Translations under genes and position numbers: made by a program
In this document: positions 18,352 to 27,314 of the stretch, one piece after another
Position numbering within the stretch: the first letter of the stretch is position 1
Layout of the letters: every line of letters begins with the position of its first letter
Assembly (NCBI GenBank): GCA_951801655.1
Contig: CATONV010000001.1
Span: 21,439-85,438 of the forward strand
From: an uncultured Oscillospiraceae bacterium
Lineage (GTDB): Bacteria > Bacillota > Clostridia > Oscillospirales > Oscillospiraceae
Length of the DNA stretch: 64,000 nt
Direction: 5' to 3'
The notes under the pieces: model-generated
The model's database searches: none
Told to the model about the DNA's origin: nothing
Seen by the model: only the letters and a program-made list of their open reading frames with translations

Positions 18352-20289
18352 TTACGCCGGAAGCACGTTCCGCTTCAGACTGGTGTAGGCCAGCAGAATG
18401 TAGACGGCGTAGATGAGGAAAAACACGGCCAGGGCGGTGCAGACAATAACCGCCGGACTGGAGGCCCCCACCATCACCCCCGGCTCCGGGGCGTGAGCCA
18501 GGTGGAGAATAAAGGGCGCCCCGATGAGTACCGGTGGGATGGCGGGCAGGGCGTAGTAAATGGCAAACTGGGTGCGCAGCGCCTTTAACATCTCCTTCCG
18601 GCCCATGCCCAGTTTTTTCAGCAGGGCAAACTGCCCTCTGTACCGCTGGGTCTCGCTGAGCTGCTGGATGGTAAGGATGGTGGCGGCAGTCATGGTGAGG
18701 GACAGGGCCAGGTAGTACAGAGGGAAGACGAACAGGGCGGTCTGAGAGGCCACCTCCGCCTCCTCCTGAGCCCTGGTGGTGATGGCGTTGCTGGCAAGCC
18801 CGGAGCCGGTTCTCTCGTTGATGTCCCACAGGTCATAAAACTGCTCCCTTGTCACCGGCCGGACCGTTTTGGCGGCGTAGGCCCAGTGGTGGACCTCCAG
18901 CCCCTCCACCGCCTCGTCCGGCACCACCAGAATGTACCCCCGCCCGTTGGTCGTGCCGCCGCTCTGGGACAGGTGCTCGGTATACACGCCCCCGGGCCGG
19001 AGGGTGACGCCCCCCAGGGTAAGGGGTTCCCGATAGTCCTTCAGGACCTCCTCCAGATAGGTCATGCAGTGGAACAGGTACTGCCCCTCCTCCGGCTCCA
19101 CCGTCCGGTATCCCGCGACGGCCCGCAGAGAGGCGTAGTCGCTCCAGCGCAGGACGGGCTCCTGTACAAAATTGAAGTAATAATAGACGGTGTGGGATTC
19201 GATATAGTCCCGCACCCCGTGGCCGCCGCTGAGATAGACCTGATACTCCAACGACTGCTCCACCGGGATATTCTCATGGATGTAATCCAGATAGACGGCG
19301 GGGTCCCGGCCGTCTCCCACGCCGAGATACAGGTCAAAGCAGCCCACGTTCGCCGCCCGGCCCTCGAACAGCCCCCGGAACACCAGCCCCGTCCCCTCGG
19401 AGATGAGGGTGGCGGTGAGGACCATGGAGATGGTTGCCATCAGCACCCCCATGGTGGCCAGCTTGGCGGTGAGGGAGCGGAAGACCAGCAGGGTCACACC
19501 CCGGTACTTCCGGGCGGGCCGTTTGTCAAAGTAGGCGGGTACCCCCGAGGCAAAGCTGAGGAAGAAGCCGAAGAGAAACAGGATCAGGCACCCCGCTCCG
19601 GCGGTGGCCACAGTCAGGTCCCGCGCCATAATGAGAAGCGTTCCAACAACCCCCAGCGCGATGGAGACGCCGAACACCCACCGCCGTTTTTTCCCCGTCT
19701 GAATCACCACCCCCTCGTTGACCCGGTCGGAGTAGATCAGGTCGTGAATTTTTGCCTTGCGAATGTATTTCCGGCTGCGGCGCAGGGCGTAGAGGTAGAT
19801 CAGAGAGAAACAGGCCGCCGTCAGGGCCAGGGCGGGGAGGGAAAACCCGAAGGAAAAGTGATAGGGCAGCTTAAACAGGGCCAGGGCCATCGCCCGGAAG
19901 GCCTGGTAGAGAAGCCCGCCCAGGGCGGTCCCCAGCGCCAGGGCGCAGCCTCCCACGGCCAGGTTTTCCAGAAAGAACAGCCGGGCCACCTGCCTGTTTT
20001 CCAGGCCGATGAGCAGGTAGGTGCCCAGTTCCCGCCCCCGACGCAGAAGCATAAATTTTGTGGCGTAGGCCACCAGCCACCCAAAGACGCACACCACCAC
20101 TACGGTGGCCATGGCGATCATCAGGGGGAGAGTCTTCATACTCTGAGACAGGGTGTTGATCTCCCGGGAGAAGGTCAGGGCGTTGAAGGAGTAGAGAAGG
20201 GCGGCGGCCAGCACCACCGTGACGAAGTAGACCAGGTAGTCCTTTGCCTGACGGCGGGCGTTGCGCAGCGAGAGTTTAGATAACGTCAC
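18352..20289 (-). CDS. BceB-like ABC transporter permease (FtsX domain)
   Basis: Likely GTG start VTLSKLSLRNARRQAKDYLVYF; RRGRELGTYLLIG; large extracellular loop; LLKKLGM. Confidence 0.88.
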   Translation of the reverse strand: MTLSKLSLRNARRQAKDYLVYFVTVVLAAALLYSFNALTFSREINTLSQSMKTLPLMIAMATVVVVCVFGWLVAYATKFMLLRRGRELGTYLLIGLENRQVARLFFLENLAVGGCALALGTALGGLLYQAFRAMALALFKLPYHFSFGFSLPALALTAACFSLIYLYALRRSRKYIRKAKIHDLIYSDRVNEGVVIQTGKKRRWVFGVSIALGVVGTLLIMARDLTVATAGAGCLILFLFGFFLSFASGVPAYFDKRPARKYRGVTLLVFRSLTAKLATMGVLMATISMVLTATLISEGTGLVFRGLFEGRAANVGCFDLYLGVGDGRDPAVYLDYIHENIPVEQSLEYQVYLSGGHGVRDYIESHTVYYYFNFVQEPVLRWSDYASLRAVAGYRTVEPEEGQYLFHCMTYLEEVLKDYREPLTLGGVTLRPGGVYTEHLSQSGGTTNGRGYILVVPDEAVEGLEVHHWAYAAKTVRPVTREQFYDLWDINERTGSGLASNAITTRAQEEAEVASQTALFVFPLYYLALSLTMTAATILTIQQLSETQRYRGQFALLKKLGMGRKEMLKALRTQFAIYYALPAIPPVLIGAPFILHLAHAPEPGVMVGASSPAVIVCTALAVFFLIYAVYILLAYTSLKRNVLPA

Positions 20290-21034
20290 TGACGTCACCC
20301 CCCAGCGCGGCCAGCACATCCAAAATCTCGTGATAGAACACCGGTCTGTCCCGGTCTCCCCGGAGAAGCTCGTTGAACACCCGTCCGTCCTTGAGAAAGA
20401 GAACCCGCCTGGCGTAGCTGGCGCTGTAGGCGTCGTGGGTGACCATGAGGATGGTGGCCCCCAAGTCCCGATTCATCCGGGTCATAATCTCCAGCAGATT
20501 TTTCGAGGCCTTGGAATCCAGCGCCCCGGTGGGCTCGTCGGCCAGCAGCAGAGACTGCCCCGCCACTATAGCCCGGGCGACAGCCGTGCGCTGCTTCTGT
20601 CCTCCGGACACCTGATAGGGGAATTTTTCCAGAATGTCGGTGATGCCCAGCCGCCGGGCCACCTCCCGCACCCGGCTCCGCACCGCCCCGGCGTCCTCAT
20701 GGTTCAGGGAGAGGGCCAGACCGATGTTCTCCTCTATGGTCAGGGTGTCCAGCAGATTGAAGTCCTGAAACACAAACCCCAGCCTCTCCCGGCGGAATTT
20801 TGCCAGCTCTGCCTCAGACAGGTCGGCCACACTCACCCCGTCCAGCAGGATCTTGCCCGCGCTGATGGTGTCGATGGTGGAGATGCAGTTGAGCAGGGTG
20901 GTCTTCCCCGATCCGGACGCCCCCATAATGGCCAGAAACTCCCCAGCCTCCACGTTGAGACTCACCCGGTCCAGGGCCTTGGTAACGTTGTTTTTGTTCC
21001 CGTAGTATTTTTCAATGTTCTGTACTTGCAGCAT
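20276..21034 (-). CDS. BceA-like ABC transporter ATP-binding protein
   Basis: IMGASGSGKTTLLNCISTID, VSGGQKQR, ADEPTGALDSK, MVTHD. Confidence 0.93.
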   Translation of the reverse strand: MLQVQNIEKYYGNKNNVTKALDRVSLNVEAGEFLAIMGASGSGKTTLLNCISTIDTISAGKILLDGVSVADLSEAELAKFRRERLGFVFQDFNLLDTLTIEENIGLALSLNHEDAGAVRSRVREVARRLGITDILEKFPYQVSGGQKQRTAVARAIVAGQSLLLADEPTGALDSKASKNLLEIMTRMNRDLGATILMVTHDAYSASYARRVLFLKDGRVFNELLRGDRDRPVFYHEILDVLAALGGDVSDVI

Positions 21035-21110
21035 AGCGGTTGCCTCCTTTGCTCGTGGGACTATGGTACACCAAAGGCAAAGGATGTTGTAGCGATTTGA
21101 TATGGAACTT

Positions 21111-21128
21111 CCTTACAGTTTTGTAAGG
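21111..21128. promoter_or_regulatory. BceR-type response-regulator binding site
   Basis: Perfect inverted repeat CCTTACA-GTTT-TGTAAGG matching TnACA-N4-TGTAA, about 80 bp upstream of the bceA-like gene. Confidence 0.8.
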
Positions 21129-21142
21129 TTGGGAAACATACC

Positions 21143-21222
21143 GTAGGGGGCGGCCTCCATGCCGCCCCGTTTAGTATTGTCGCATTCTGGCGGATCAAGG
21201 CGGCGCAGAGACCGCCCCCTAC
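21143..21222. repeat. GTAG-family REP doublet overlapping the kinase stop codon
   Basis: GTAGGGGGCGGCCTCCATGCCGCCCC...GGCGGCGCAGAGACCGCCCCCTAC. Confidence 0.78.
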
Positions 21223-22220
21223 AGCGCCTCCTTCGTCGGGAAGGTCAGGGTCACGGCGGTCCCTTTTCCCTCCTCCGAGGAAATTTCCAGCCCCAGCTCC
21301 AGAAAACCGGCCAGCTTTTTGCACAGGTACAGTCCTATGCCGGTAGCTCCGCCCCGGGTCCGGCCATTGCTGCCGGTAAAGCCCCGGTCGAAGACCCGGG
21401 GCAGCTCGTGGGCGGGGATACCGATGCCGTTATCCGCCACGGTGAGGCGCACCTGCTTCCCCAGGGGCCGGGCGGAGATGGAGATAACCGGCTCCGCCCC
21501 CCGGTAGCGGGCGGCGTTCTGAAGGAGCTGCCCCAGAATAAAGGCCGCCCACTTTTCATCGGTATAGACGCAGCAGTCCAGCCCCGCTGTCTCCACCCGG
21601 ACGCCTCTTTGAATCAGAAGGGCCCGGTGATCCCCCACAGCCCGGGTGACAATCCCATCCAGACCGGTCTGGCGGATCACGCAGTCCCTCTCCGGACTCT
21701 CCGCACGGGCGTAGAACAAAGCCCTCTCCACATTCTCCTCAATCCGCCCCAGTTCTCCGGTAAGTCTGCGGCGGACAGCGCCGTCCGTCTCCCGGCAGAT
21801 CAGCCGGGCGGCAGTAATGGGCGTTTTGATCTCGTGGACCCACTGTTCCACATACTCCCGGTACTCCCGTTGGCCCGCCCGAGCGTCAGACACCGCCTCC
21901 GTCATGGCCCGGCCTGCCCGGCGGCTCAGGTCAATCAGCCGCTTCTCATACAGCGTTCTGGCCGGCGGCAGGCACTCGGCAAAGAGATACTTCTGATCCA
22001 GGCCCTCCAGGATGGACTCCAGCTCCCGGAGTCGGGCCCTCTGGCGGAGAAAATCGGACAGCTGTACGGCAAAAAAGACCAGCAGCAGGGCCAGACATAA
22101 AATCACCAGCACCCCGGGCTGGGTGCCGGTGGCCCACAGGAAGAAGGCCACCGCCGCCGCGCAGATGATCTGAATCAGCAGTCGGTCCAGGCGGTCGGCC
22201 AAAAATTCCCAAAACGTCAT
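21219..22220 (-). CDS. BceS-like intramembrane-sensing histidine kinase
   Basis: Start MTFWEF; two adjacent TMs; WVHEIKTP, TDEKW, DNGIGI, RGFTG, TGIGLY. Confidence 0.92.
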   Translation of the reverse strand: MTFWEFLADRLDRLLIQIICAAAVAFFLWATGTQPGVLVILCLALLLVFFAVQLSDFLRQRARLRELESILEGLDQKYLFAECLPPARTLYEKRLIDLSRRAGRAMTEAVSDARAGQREYREYVEQWVHEIKTPITAARLICRETDGAVRRRLTGELGRIEENVERALFYARAESPERDCVIRQTGLDGIVTRAVGDHRALLIQRGVRVETAGLDCCVYTDEKWAAFILGQLLQNAARYRGAEPVISISARPLGKQVRLTVADNGIGIPAHELPRVFDRGFTGSNGRTRGGATGIGLYLCKKLAGFLELGLEISSEEGKGTAVTLTFPTKEAL

Positions 22221-22882
22221 AGCTGATACCCCATTCCCCGGCGGGTTTTGATCAAACCTGGCAGACCGATCTCCTCCAGCTTGGCGCGCAGGCGTGTCAT
22301 ATTCACGCTGAGGGTGTTGTCGTCTATATAAATTTGGCTGTCCCACAAAGCGTCGATCAGGTCGGCCCGGGAGACGATTTTCCCGGCGTGTGCCATAAGA
22401 TGGGACAATATCTTCAGCTCGTTCCGGGTCAGCTCCACCGACCGTCCCCCCGCCCAGGCCGTCCCCCGGGTCAGGTGAAGTTTCAGCCCCCCCGCCTCCA
22501 GGGTGTCCGGCTCCGCCAGCGCGCCGGAGCGGCGCAGCACCGCCTTGATCCTGGCCAGCAGCACAGGAATGTTGTAGGGCTTGGTAATATAGTCGTCGCC
22601 CCCCAGGCTCAGGGCCCGCAGCTCATCCGCCGCCGAGTCCCGGCTGGTGACAAAAATAACAGGGGCGCGGCTTATCCTCCGGATGTCGGCGCACAGGGCT
22701 GCGCCGTCCCGGCCCGGAAGGCCCAAGTCCATCAAAATCAGGTCGGGCGCGGCCCTGAGAACCTGTTGGGGCACCTCGAAAAAGTCTGTGACCACGGCCG
22801 TCCGGTAGCCCTCGTTGCCCAGCAGAAGCGTCAGCTCCTCCCGGATGGCCGGGTCGTCCTCCACGATCATAATGGTCCACAT
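22217..22882 (-). CDS. BceR-like OmpR-family response regulator
   Basis: Start MWTIMIVEDD; LILMDLGLP, GGDDYITKP, DDNTLSVNMTRLR, TRRGMGY. Confidence 0.93.
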   Translation of the reverse strand: MWTIMIVEDDPAIREELTLLLGNEGYRTAVVTDFFEVPQQVLRAAPDLILMDLGLPGRDGAALCADIRRISRAPVIFVTSRDSAADELRALSLGGDDYITKPYNIPVLLARIKAVLRRSGALAEPDTLEAGGLKLHLTRGTAWAGGRSVELTRNELKILSHLMAHAGKIVSRADLIDALWDSQIYIDDNTLSVNMTRLRAKLEEIGLPGLIKTRRGMGYQL

Positions 22883-22890
22883 GGCGCGTC

Positions 22891-23775
22891 TCATCCGCAG
22901 GGGGGGCCAAAGATCTCCTTCTCCAGCCGCTTGCCGGTTGGGGTGGCGGCCAGGCCGCCCTGGGCCGTCTCCCGCAGGGAGGCGGGCAGGGCGCAGCCCA
23001 CCTCGTACAGCGCGCAGACGCACTCATCCGCCGGTATCTTGCTCTCAATGCCCGCCAGCGCCATCTCGGCGGCAGAGAAGGCTACCATAACTCCGGCCAC
23101 ATTGCGTTTAATGCAGGGCACCTCCACCAGCCCGGCCACCGGGTCGCAGACCAGGCCCAGCTGATTTTTCAGCGCCATGGCGCAGGCGTGAGCCGCCTGG
23201 ACGGGGGTGCCTCCCTTCAGCTCCACCAGGGCGGCGGCGGCCATAGCCGCCGCCGCGCCGCACTCCGCCTGGCAGCCCCCCTCGGCCCCCGCCAGGGTGG
23301 CCTGGCTGCCGATCACGGTGCCGATCCCTCCGGCGGTGAACAGGGCCATAACAGCCTGCCTCTCTGTACACTGCCCCTCCTCCAGCACCGACAAAACCGT
23401 GCCCGGCAGGATGCCGCAGGACCCGGCGGTGGGGGCGGCCACAATCCTGCCCATGGCGGCGTTGCACTCCGAGGTAGCCAGCGCCCGGGCAATGGCCCCG
23501 TTGACAAAGGGGCCGGCGATGCCCCCCTGCCGGGCGTAGGCCTGCATTTTGGCCGCGTCCCCGCCGGACAGCCCCGAGGCCGAGCGCAGCCCGGCGTCCA
23601 TCCCGGTCTCCACCGATTCCCGCATCACCTGAAGCCGCTGAGCCATTCTTTCATAAACCTCTTCCTCCTTCAGGCCCAGCTGTTGGGCCTGGTCGGACAG
23701 GACCACCTGAGAGATGGTGCCGCCCATTTTCTCCGCCTCCCGGCAGAGATCGTCTATTCTCTGATACGTCAGCAT
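22891..23775 (-). CDS. sdaAA: L-serine dehydratase alpha subunit (Fe-S)
   Basis: IVAAPTAGSCG, GAEGGCQAECG, LGLVCDPVAGLVEVPCIKRN, LRETAQGGLA. Confidence 0.96.
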   Translation of the reverse strand: MLTYQRIDDLCREAEKMGGTISQVVLSDQAQQLGLKEEEVYERMAQRLQVMRESVETGMDAGLRSASGLSGGDAAKMQAYARQGGIAGPFVNGAIARALATSECNAAMGRIVAAPTAGSCGILPGTVLSVLEEGQCTERQAVMALFTAGGIGTVIGSQATLAGAEGGCQAECGAAAAMAAAALVELKGGTPVQAAHACAMALKNQLGLVCDPVAGLVEVPCIKRNVAGVMVAFSAAEMALAGIESKIPADECVCALYEVGCALPASLRETAQGGLAATPTGKRLEKEIFGPPCG

Positions 23776-23786
23776 AACACGCCTCC

Positions 23787-24446
23787 TTACACCGCCCGGA
23801 TCAGCACCACATGGATGATGTTGGGCAATATCCGCAGATTTTCCGCCAGAATGTCCGGAATGTCCCCGTCCACCTCAATGGTCATCACCGCCGTGCCCCC
23901 CTTTTCCGGGCGGGCCAGGCGGAAGCTGCCAATGTTCACACCGGAGTAGGCCATAAAGTTGGTCACCGCCGCAATAGCTCCCGGCTTGTCCTTGTGCAGG
24001 ACCACCAGGGTGTTGTTCCGGCCGGTGACGTGAACCGCCATGCCGTTGAGCCGGTCCACCAGGATATTGCCGCCCCCGACCGACGCCCCCTGTACTGTGA
24101 CGCCGCCTCCCTGCGCCCCGGCCAGGGTAATGCGGGCGGTGTTGGGGTGGGCCCCGGGAATATTCTCGCAGATAAATTCCCACTTAAGCCCCCTCTTTGC
24201 CGCGTGAGTCAGGGAGTCCCGGATACGGGCGTCGTCGGGCGGAAAGCCCAGAATGCCGGCGATCAGGGCCTTGTCCGTCCCGTGGCCCCGGTATGTCTGG
24301 GCAAAGGAACCGCTGAGCTGAATTTCCGCTCTGACCGGCTCCTCCTCCAGAATCTTCCGGGCTACATAGCCCAGCCGCACCGCCCCGGCGGTGTGGGAGC
24401 TGGACGGGCCAATCATAACCGGACCAATCATGTCAAATACGTTCAG
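23787..24446 (-). CDS. sdaAB: L-serine dehydratase beta subunit (probable CTG start)
   Basis: (M)NVFDMIGPVMIGPSSSHTAGA, GHGTD, HPNT, C-terminal ACT domain. Confidence 0.93.
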   Translation of the reverse strand: MNVFDMIGPVMIGPSSSHTAGAVRLGYVARKILEEEPVRAEIQLSGSFAQTYRGHGTDKALIAGILGFPPDDARIRDSLTHAAKRGLKWEFICENIPGAHPNTARITLAGAQGGGVTVQGASVGGGNILVDRLNGMAVHVTGRNNTLVVLHKDKPGAIAAVTNFMAYSGVNIGSFRLARPEKGGTAVMTIEVDGDIPDILAENLRILPNIIHVVLIRAV

Positions 24447-24464
24447 GTCGTTCTCCTCCCTTCT

Positions 24465-25112
24465 TTAAATACGCAAACATCTGTTTACTTCCTTCTGCCG
24501 GCCCAAGATGAGTAGGGGGCATGCCCCGTCCAGCACCGTGTCCGGTCCAATTCTCATATCCAGCCTGCCCTCCCGGCGCAGGCCCAGAATATTGATGCCG
24601 TATTTTTTTCTCAAATCCAGCTGCAGCACACTGCGCCCCTCCCACTCCTCCGGGATGGACAGCTCGAAAATGGAGTAGTCCTCGTCCAGCTCGATATAGT
24701 CCAGGATGTGGTCGGAGGTGCAGCGGATTGCCGTCCAGGCTGCCAGCTGCTTCTCCGGGTAAACCACCTCGTCGGCGCCGCAGCGCAGAAGAAACTTCTC
24801 CTGCACCCCCCGGGAGGCCCGGGCAATCACCTTGCCCGCCCCCAGCTCCTTCAGCAGGTCGGTCGTCTCCAGAGAGTTTTGAAAATTGTCCCCAATGGCC
24901 ACAATACACGCGTCAAAGCCGGGGATATCCAAAGAGGCAAGGAACTCTCTGCTGGTGCTGTCCCCAATCTGCGCACTGGTCACATAGGGCAGCACGGCGT
25001 CCACCCTCTCCTCGTCGCTGTCCACCGCCATCACCTCATGGCCCAGATCGCCGAGCCTTCGGGCCACGTGCTGGCCGAATCGGCCCAGCCCAATCAACAG
25101 TACAGACTTCAT
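24465..25112 (-). CDS. ktrA: KtrA/TrkA potassium uptake regulatory subunit
   Basis: MKSVLLIGLGRFG; RCK_N plus RCK_C; GADEVVYPE. Confidence 0.9.
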   Translation of the reverse strand: MKSVLLIGLGRFGQHVARRLGDLGHEVMAVDSDEERVDAVLPYVTSAQIGDSTSREFLASLDIPGFDACIVAIGDNFQNSLETTDLLKELGAGKVIARASRGVQEKFLLRCGADEVVYPEKQLAAWTAIRCTSDHILDYIELDEDYSIFELSIPEEWEGRSVLQLDLRKKYGINILGLRREGRLDMRIGPDTVLDGACPLLILGRQKEVNRCLRI

Positions 25113-25122
25113 TATATCCTCC

Positions 25123-26451
25123 TTATCCCACAATCAGCTTTTCCCGGGGCAGCCGGGCTCCGGTTCCCCGTTTCTCCGACAAAGCCGCGAAGACCAGCGT
25201 CAGTGCCCCCACCCGTCCACAGAACATCAGCGCCATCAGCACACAGCGCGACAGCTGTCCCAGCTGCGGCGTGATCCCCATGGTAACGCCCACTGTTCCC
25301 ACCGCCGAGGCGGTCTCAAACAGACAGGTGAGCAGCGGCAGGTCCTCCACCCGGCTGATGATCAGTCCCCCGAAGAAAAACAGCGACAGATACAGCGTCA
25401 GAATAGCCATGGCGCTGCGCACGGTGTCCTCGTCCACCCGCCGGCCGAAAAAGCTGGTGTCCTCCCGGCGGCGGAAGACGGCCAGGGCGGTGGCCGCCAT
25501 AACGGCCAGGGTGGTCACCTTCATTCCTCCCGCCGTGGAGCCGGGGGCCCCGCCGGTGAGCATGAGAAGAATCATCACGCCCACGCCCCCCTCGCTGAGG
25601 GTGCTGAAGTCCAGCGTGTTGAAGCCGGCGGTGCGGGCCGTCACCGACTGAAACAGCGATCCCCAGAACCTCTCCCCGGGGGCAAGATTCTGGAACTCAA
25701 ACAAGTAAAAATAGACCGCCGGCAAAACCAGCAGCAGTCCGCTTGTCACCAGAACCACCTTGGTCTGCATCCGGTAGCGCCGAACGCGCAGGCGGTTGGT
25801 CCTTACGTCCTCCCAGGTCAAAAAGCCGATTCCGCCCATGATGATCAGCAGCATAACGATCAGATTCACCGCCGGGTGAGACACGAACGAGGTGAGAGAG
25901 GAGAAGGGCTCCTTTGCCCCCATCAGGTCAAATCCGGCGTTGCAGAAGGCGGACACCGAGTGAAACAGCCCGTACCACAGCCCCTGCCAAAATCCGAACT
26001 CCCGGCAGAACACACAGCACAGCAGGGCGGCCCCCGTCAGCTCAAAGAGGGCCGTAAGAGTTACGATAAAGCCGGTAAGCCGCACCACGCCCGCCAGCTT
26101 GTGGGCGGAAATGGCGTCCTGCATCAGGCCCCGCTGCTTCAGGGAAATCTTCTGTCCTGCGGTGGAGGCAATCAGCACGGCGCAGGTGACCACCCCCATC
26201 CCTCCCACCTGGATGAGCAGCAGCAGCACGGCCTGCCCGAAGCCACTCCAGCAGCAGGCGGTGTCCCGCACCACCAGCCCGGTGACGCAGACGGCGGACA
26301 CGGCGGTAAACAGCGCGTCGAAGTAGGGGACACTCTGGCCGTCCCGGGCGGCGAAGGGCAGGGTCAGCAGCAGACTCCCCAGCACAATCACGCCCCCAAA
26401 TCCCAACAAAATGATCTGGGGTGAAGACAGCTTCTTTTTTCTCCTTGGCAT
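25123..26451 (-). CDS. ktrB: KtrB/TrkH potassium uptake membrane subunit
   Basis: ALFTAVSAVCVTGL, SAFCNAGF, TARTAGF, STAGGMK, SAVGTVG pore motifs. Confidence 0.92.
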   Translation of the reverse strand: MPRRKKKLSSPQIILLGFGGVIVLGSLLLTLPFAARDGQSVPYFDALFTAVSAVCVTGLVVRDTACCWSGFGQAVLLLLIQVGGMGVVTCAVLIASTAGQKISLKQRGLMQDAISAHKLAGVVRLTGFIVTLTALFELTGAALLCCVFCREFGFWQGLWYGLFHSVSAFCNAGFDLMGAKEPFSSLTSFVSHPAVNLIVMLLIIMGGIGFLTWEDVRTNRLRVRRYRMQTKVVLVTSGLLLVLPAVYFYLFEFQNLAPGERFWGSLFQSVTARTAGFNTLDFSTLSEGGVGVMILLMLTGGAPGSTAGGMKVTTLAVMAATALAVFRRREDTSFFGRRVDEDTVRSAMAILTLYLSLFFFGGLIISRVEDLPLLTCLFETASAVGTVGVTMGITPQLGQLSRCVLMALMFCGRVGALTLVFAALSEKRGTGARLPREKLIVG

Positions 26452-26496
26452 GGCGGTCCCCCCGTTCAGTATGGTCAGCAGTCCTTATTATAACAC

Positions 26497-26537
26497 AAAG
26501 CCGCCGGCAGGTGAAGCCTCACCTGCCGGCGGTTTCA
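26497..26537 (-). terminator. Intrinsic terminator after the RraA-family gene
   Basis: CCGCCGGCAGGTGA-AGCC-TCACCTGCCGGCGG inverted repeat. Confidence 0.8.
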
Positions 26538-26556
26538 TATTTTCATGCTTTTTCGG

Positions 26557-27237
26557 TCAGTCCACATACTCCACGCCGATCTGCTCCAGCACCTGGTCCA
26601 CAAAGGGCCGGGGGAACCCCTTGCCGGCCAGGATATCGGCGATCTGACCCTGTTCCTTTTTCTGGACGGCGGCGGCCTCTCTGGCTACTCTCTCCGCGTC
26701 CTCGGGCTTGACCACCAGCACGCTGTCGCCGTCGCCCACCAGGATGTCGCCCGGGCAGATAACCTGGCCGCCCACGCTGACGGGGAAGTTAATCTCGCCG
26801 GGGCCGTTTTTGTAGGGGCCGTTGGGCACCACGCCCCGGGCGTAGACGGGAAAATCGGTGAACTGGGCCAGCTCATCCCGGTCCCGGACGCAGCCGTCAA
26901 TGATGAATCCGGCCAGGCCGCGGCTTTTGGCGTAGGTAGCCATAATCTCGCCGCACAGAGCGCGGCTCAGGCTGCCCCGGGCGGCGATGACCAGCACGTC
27001 GCCGGGCTGGGCCATGTCCAGTGCCTTGTGGAACATCAGGTTATCGCCGGCGGGACACAGCACGGTGAAGGCCGTGCCCAGCAGCGGAGAGTGGTTCATG
27101 GGCTCCAGCCCGGCGTCCACAGCGGCCAAACGGCCCATGCAGTCGTCAATGTTGGCCACGGGAATACCCCGGAACGCCTCCACCAAAGCCCGGTCGGGAC
27201 GGGTAAAATTACGTCTGATTCTGCAACCAACTGCCAT
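26557..27237 (-). CDS. RraA-family protein, putative 4-hydroxy-2-oxoacid (HMG/CHA-type) aldolase
   Basis: GDNL, GDVLVI, CGEIM, IDGCVRD, PGDILVGDGD. Confidence 0.85.
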   Translation of the reverse strand: MAVGCRIRRNFTRPDRALVEAFRGIPVANIDDCMGRLAAVDAGLEPMNHSPLLGTAFTVLCPAGDNLMFHKALDMAQPGDVLVIAARGSLSRALCGEIMATYAKSRGLAGFIIDGCVRDRDELAQFTDFPVYARGVVPNGPYKNGPGEINFPVSVGGQVICPGDILVGDGDSVLVVKPEDAERVAREAAAVQKKEQGQIADILAGKGFPRPFVDQVLEQIGVEYVD

Positions 27238-27277
27238 AATAAAAACCTTCTTTCCAAAACTTGAAAAATCGATTATA

Positions 27278-27298
27278 ATATAGAAAAATCAAATATTT
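27278..27298. promoter_or_regulatory. LysR box 1 (ATAT-N11-ATAT)
   Basis: ATATAGAAAAATCAAATATTT between the divergent rraA-like and lysR genes. Confidence 0.6.
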
Positions 27299-27314
27299 AA
27301 GGAGGCGGCTCTCT

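Noticed and set aside
26452-26556. c-di-AMP riboswitch upstream of ktrB
   Set aside because: The region holds only a terminator and a -10 box about 35 nt from the start; too short and no ydaO motif.
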